DNA from: a virus
Taxonomy: Duplodnaviria; Heunggongvirae; Uroviricota; Caudoviricetes; Demerecviridae
IMG/VR virus record: IMGVR_UViG_2974655256_000001
Span: 84,530 to 111,601 of that record
Length of the DNA: 27,072 nt
Strand: one strand, 5' to 3'
A program made the translations under genes and the position numbers. The notes under the pieces were generated by a model. It did not search any database. It was given only the letters and a program-made list of their open reading frames with translations, and was not told the origin of the DNA. How positions within the stretch are numbered: the stretch's first letter is position 1; each line of letters begins with the position of its first letter. This document shows, one piece after another, positions 25,620-27,072 of the stretch.

Positions 25620-27029
25620 TTAGCCACCAGAAGCAGTAACTGTAATGCTCTTAGTACCTTCTACACCAGAACCATCTTTAGCTACGGCTTTCACAGTAAC
25701 TGCACCAGTCTTAGAAGCATCAGCGGTCAGTAAACCAGAAGTTGCATCAATAGTAGCAGCAGTACCGGAGGAAATAGACCAAGTTACTTCCTTATTAGTA
25801 GCTTCAGCAGGCAAAACATCTACAGTCATCTGAAGAGTTGCACTATTATCAACGGAAGCTGCATCACCCGCGGATTTAACAGTAATACCTGTTACCTTAA
25901 CCGGAGCTGCTTTACCACCGTCACCAGTTGCAATCAGATTTGCAATAGTAGTTTTGGTGTACTTATTAGAGAAACCAAGATAACCTTCATCACCAGTATC
26001 CAGATCAGTAGGAATTGCTTTGAACTCTACAGAAGTACCAAGTACATCGTCAGTCTCAATAGTTGGGATGTTAACGTGAGCTTGCTTAGCAACTAGAACA
26101 GCGGCTGGGCGCTCATCATCATATTCACCGCCAAGTACTAGAGCGATTTCGAAACGGTTAACTACCTTCAGGGTCTTAATCAGATCTTTATACAGATCCA
26201 TAGAACCTAGAGCTTTATCGTTAAGATAAGCGGTCAGAGAACCAGTTAATTCGAATGCACCAGTAAATGAACCGATTGCGATGTTAACACGGGACATGAC
26301 GTTAGGAGTCAGATATGTGATGTTGTTGTTAATTGTAAAGCTACCACCAGTGATCGGAATGTCATATGCCTTACCAGTATCCATATCCTTAATTTTGAGG
26401 ATAGTCAGTTTGTTCTTGATGTAAGAACCCTGGATAGTCATGTAAGTTTCATCATCAATACCCACAGTATCAGGATCAAAGGGAGCAGCGTCCAGAGGGA
26501 TCAGCTGGTTACCATTACCTGACCAAGTTACACGACCGATATCTTCGATATCAACGTTTACTTCAGCCTGGTTGATCTGACAGGAATCGATGTAGCTCCA
26601 TGCTTTATCAGTAAGGATGTAAATATGTAGCATTGCCAGCTCGTGGTATGCGTTATCCTTAAAGTTAACCATGAAGTTAGTTTCGTTAGTGTGAGCACCT
26701 GTATCACCATCTAGGTTGATAGGCTTACCACTAGAAAGAGCATGCCACAGCATGTAGTCCGGAACGATCTGCTTACTAGTAGTCTTATCTAAGTAAGGCA
26801 GGATGTAAGTAGAGAAACTCCACTCAGCTGCGTTCAGGGAGTCGTTGAAACGTTTTGAACCACGAGTTGGACGCGGACCAGCTTCGTTAACAGTAATATC
26901 GGTTGAGTTACTGTCCTGACCCCAAGAAATATCATCTTGAACTAGAATCTCTTGCGTGTTGGTCTTATCGTGACCAGTCTTAACCGTAGACACGAAGATT
27001 CGAGTATTACGTAATAGTTGTAAAGACAT
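25620..27029 (-). CDS. pb6: Major tail tube protein pb6 with C-terminal Ig-like (Big_2) domain
   Basis: MSLQLLRNTRIFVSTV start, AGGAGA SD, 469 aa. C-terminal V.V.GITV...T.QMTV.V.PA.ATNK.VTWS Ig pattern. Confidence 0.95.
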   Translation of the reverse strand: MSLQLLRNTRIFVSTVKTGHDKTNTQEILVQDDISWGQDSNSTDITVNEAGPRPTRGSKRFNDSLNAAEWSFSTYILPYLDKTTSKQIVPDYMLWHALSSGKPINLDGDTGAHTNETNFMVNFKDNAYHELAMLHIYILTDKAWSYIDSCQINQAEVNVDIEDIGRVTWSGNGNQLIPLDAAPFDPDTVGIDDETYMTIQGSYIKNKLTILKIKDMDTGKAYDIPITGGSFTINNNITYLTPNVMSRVNIAIGSFTGAFELTGSLTAYLNDKALGSMDLYKDLIKTLKVVNRFEIALVLGGEYDDERPAAVLVAKQAHVNIPTIETDDVLGTSVEFKAIPTDLDTGDEGYLGFSNKYTKTTIANLIATGDGGKAAPVKVTGITVKSAGDAASVDNSATLQMTVDVLPAEATNKEVTWSISSGTAATIDATSGLLTADASKTGAVTVKAVAKDGSGVEGTKSITVTASGG

Positions 27030-27072
27030 TTATTTATATTCTCCTAATCTGTAACTTATCTGCGAAGTGCCC

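Noticed and set aside
1-27072. Introns, inteins, homing endonucleases, tRNAs and CRISPR arrays
   Set aside because: Genes abut or overlap at expected lengths, spacers are short and explained by promoters or terminators, and I saw no HNH or GIY-YIG ORF, cloverleaf or repeat-spacer array.
27030-27072. 3' end of the upstream tail terminator gene
   Set aside because: It is expected from synteny, but 43 nt is too little to choose between two possible frames.

Overview
A 27-kb segment of a T5-like lytic siphophage genome (Demerecviridae, Markadamsvirinae-like). The + strand (1-9025) holds the end of the replication/recombination module: DNA polymerase 3' part, a conserved unknown, D10 helicase, a second unknown, D11 SSB, D12/D13 (Mre11/Rad50-like), D14 resolvase, D15 flap endonuclease, dUTPase and an extra 88-aa ORF. 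The - strand (9063-27029) holds the tail module in T5 order: pb6, p140, two tail-assembly-chaperone ORFs, pb2, pb9, pb3, pb4, p132 and two lateral fibre genes (LtfA/LtfB-type, each with a C-terminal S74 chaperone). The modules converge on a bidirectional terminator at about 9030-9064. No tRNA, rRNA, CRISPR array, integrase or homing endonuclease is visible. Most genes are known T5 core genes. The best leads are: (i) the chaperone ORFs can only be fused by a +1 rather than the canonical -1 frameshift, at a UUU-CGU or AAA-G site; (ii) an ORF-less PN25-like promoter, hairpin and second promoter directly after the UvsW-like helicase; (iii) a mosaic two-fibre adsorption system built from repeated joint motifs; (iv) an 88-aa acidic ORF overlapping dut; (v) a shared N-terminal M[AS]KSWG motif on D11 and D15. 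Product calls rest on motif recognition, synteny and recall of T5 proteins. No database searches were run.
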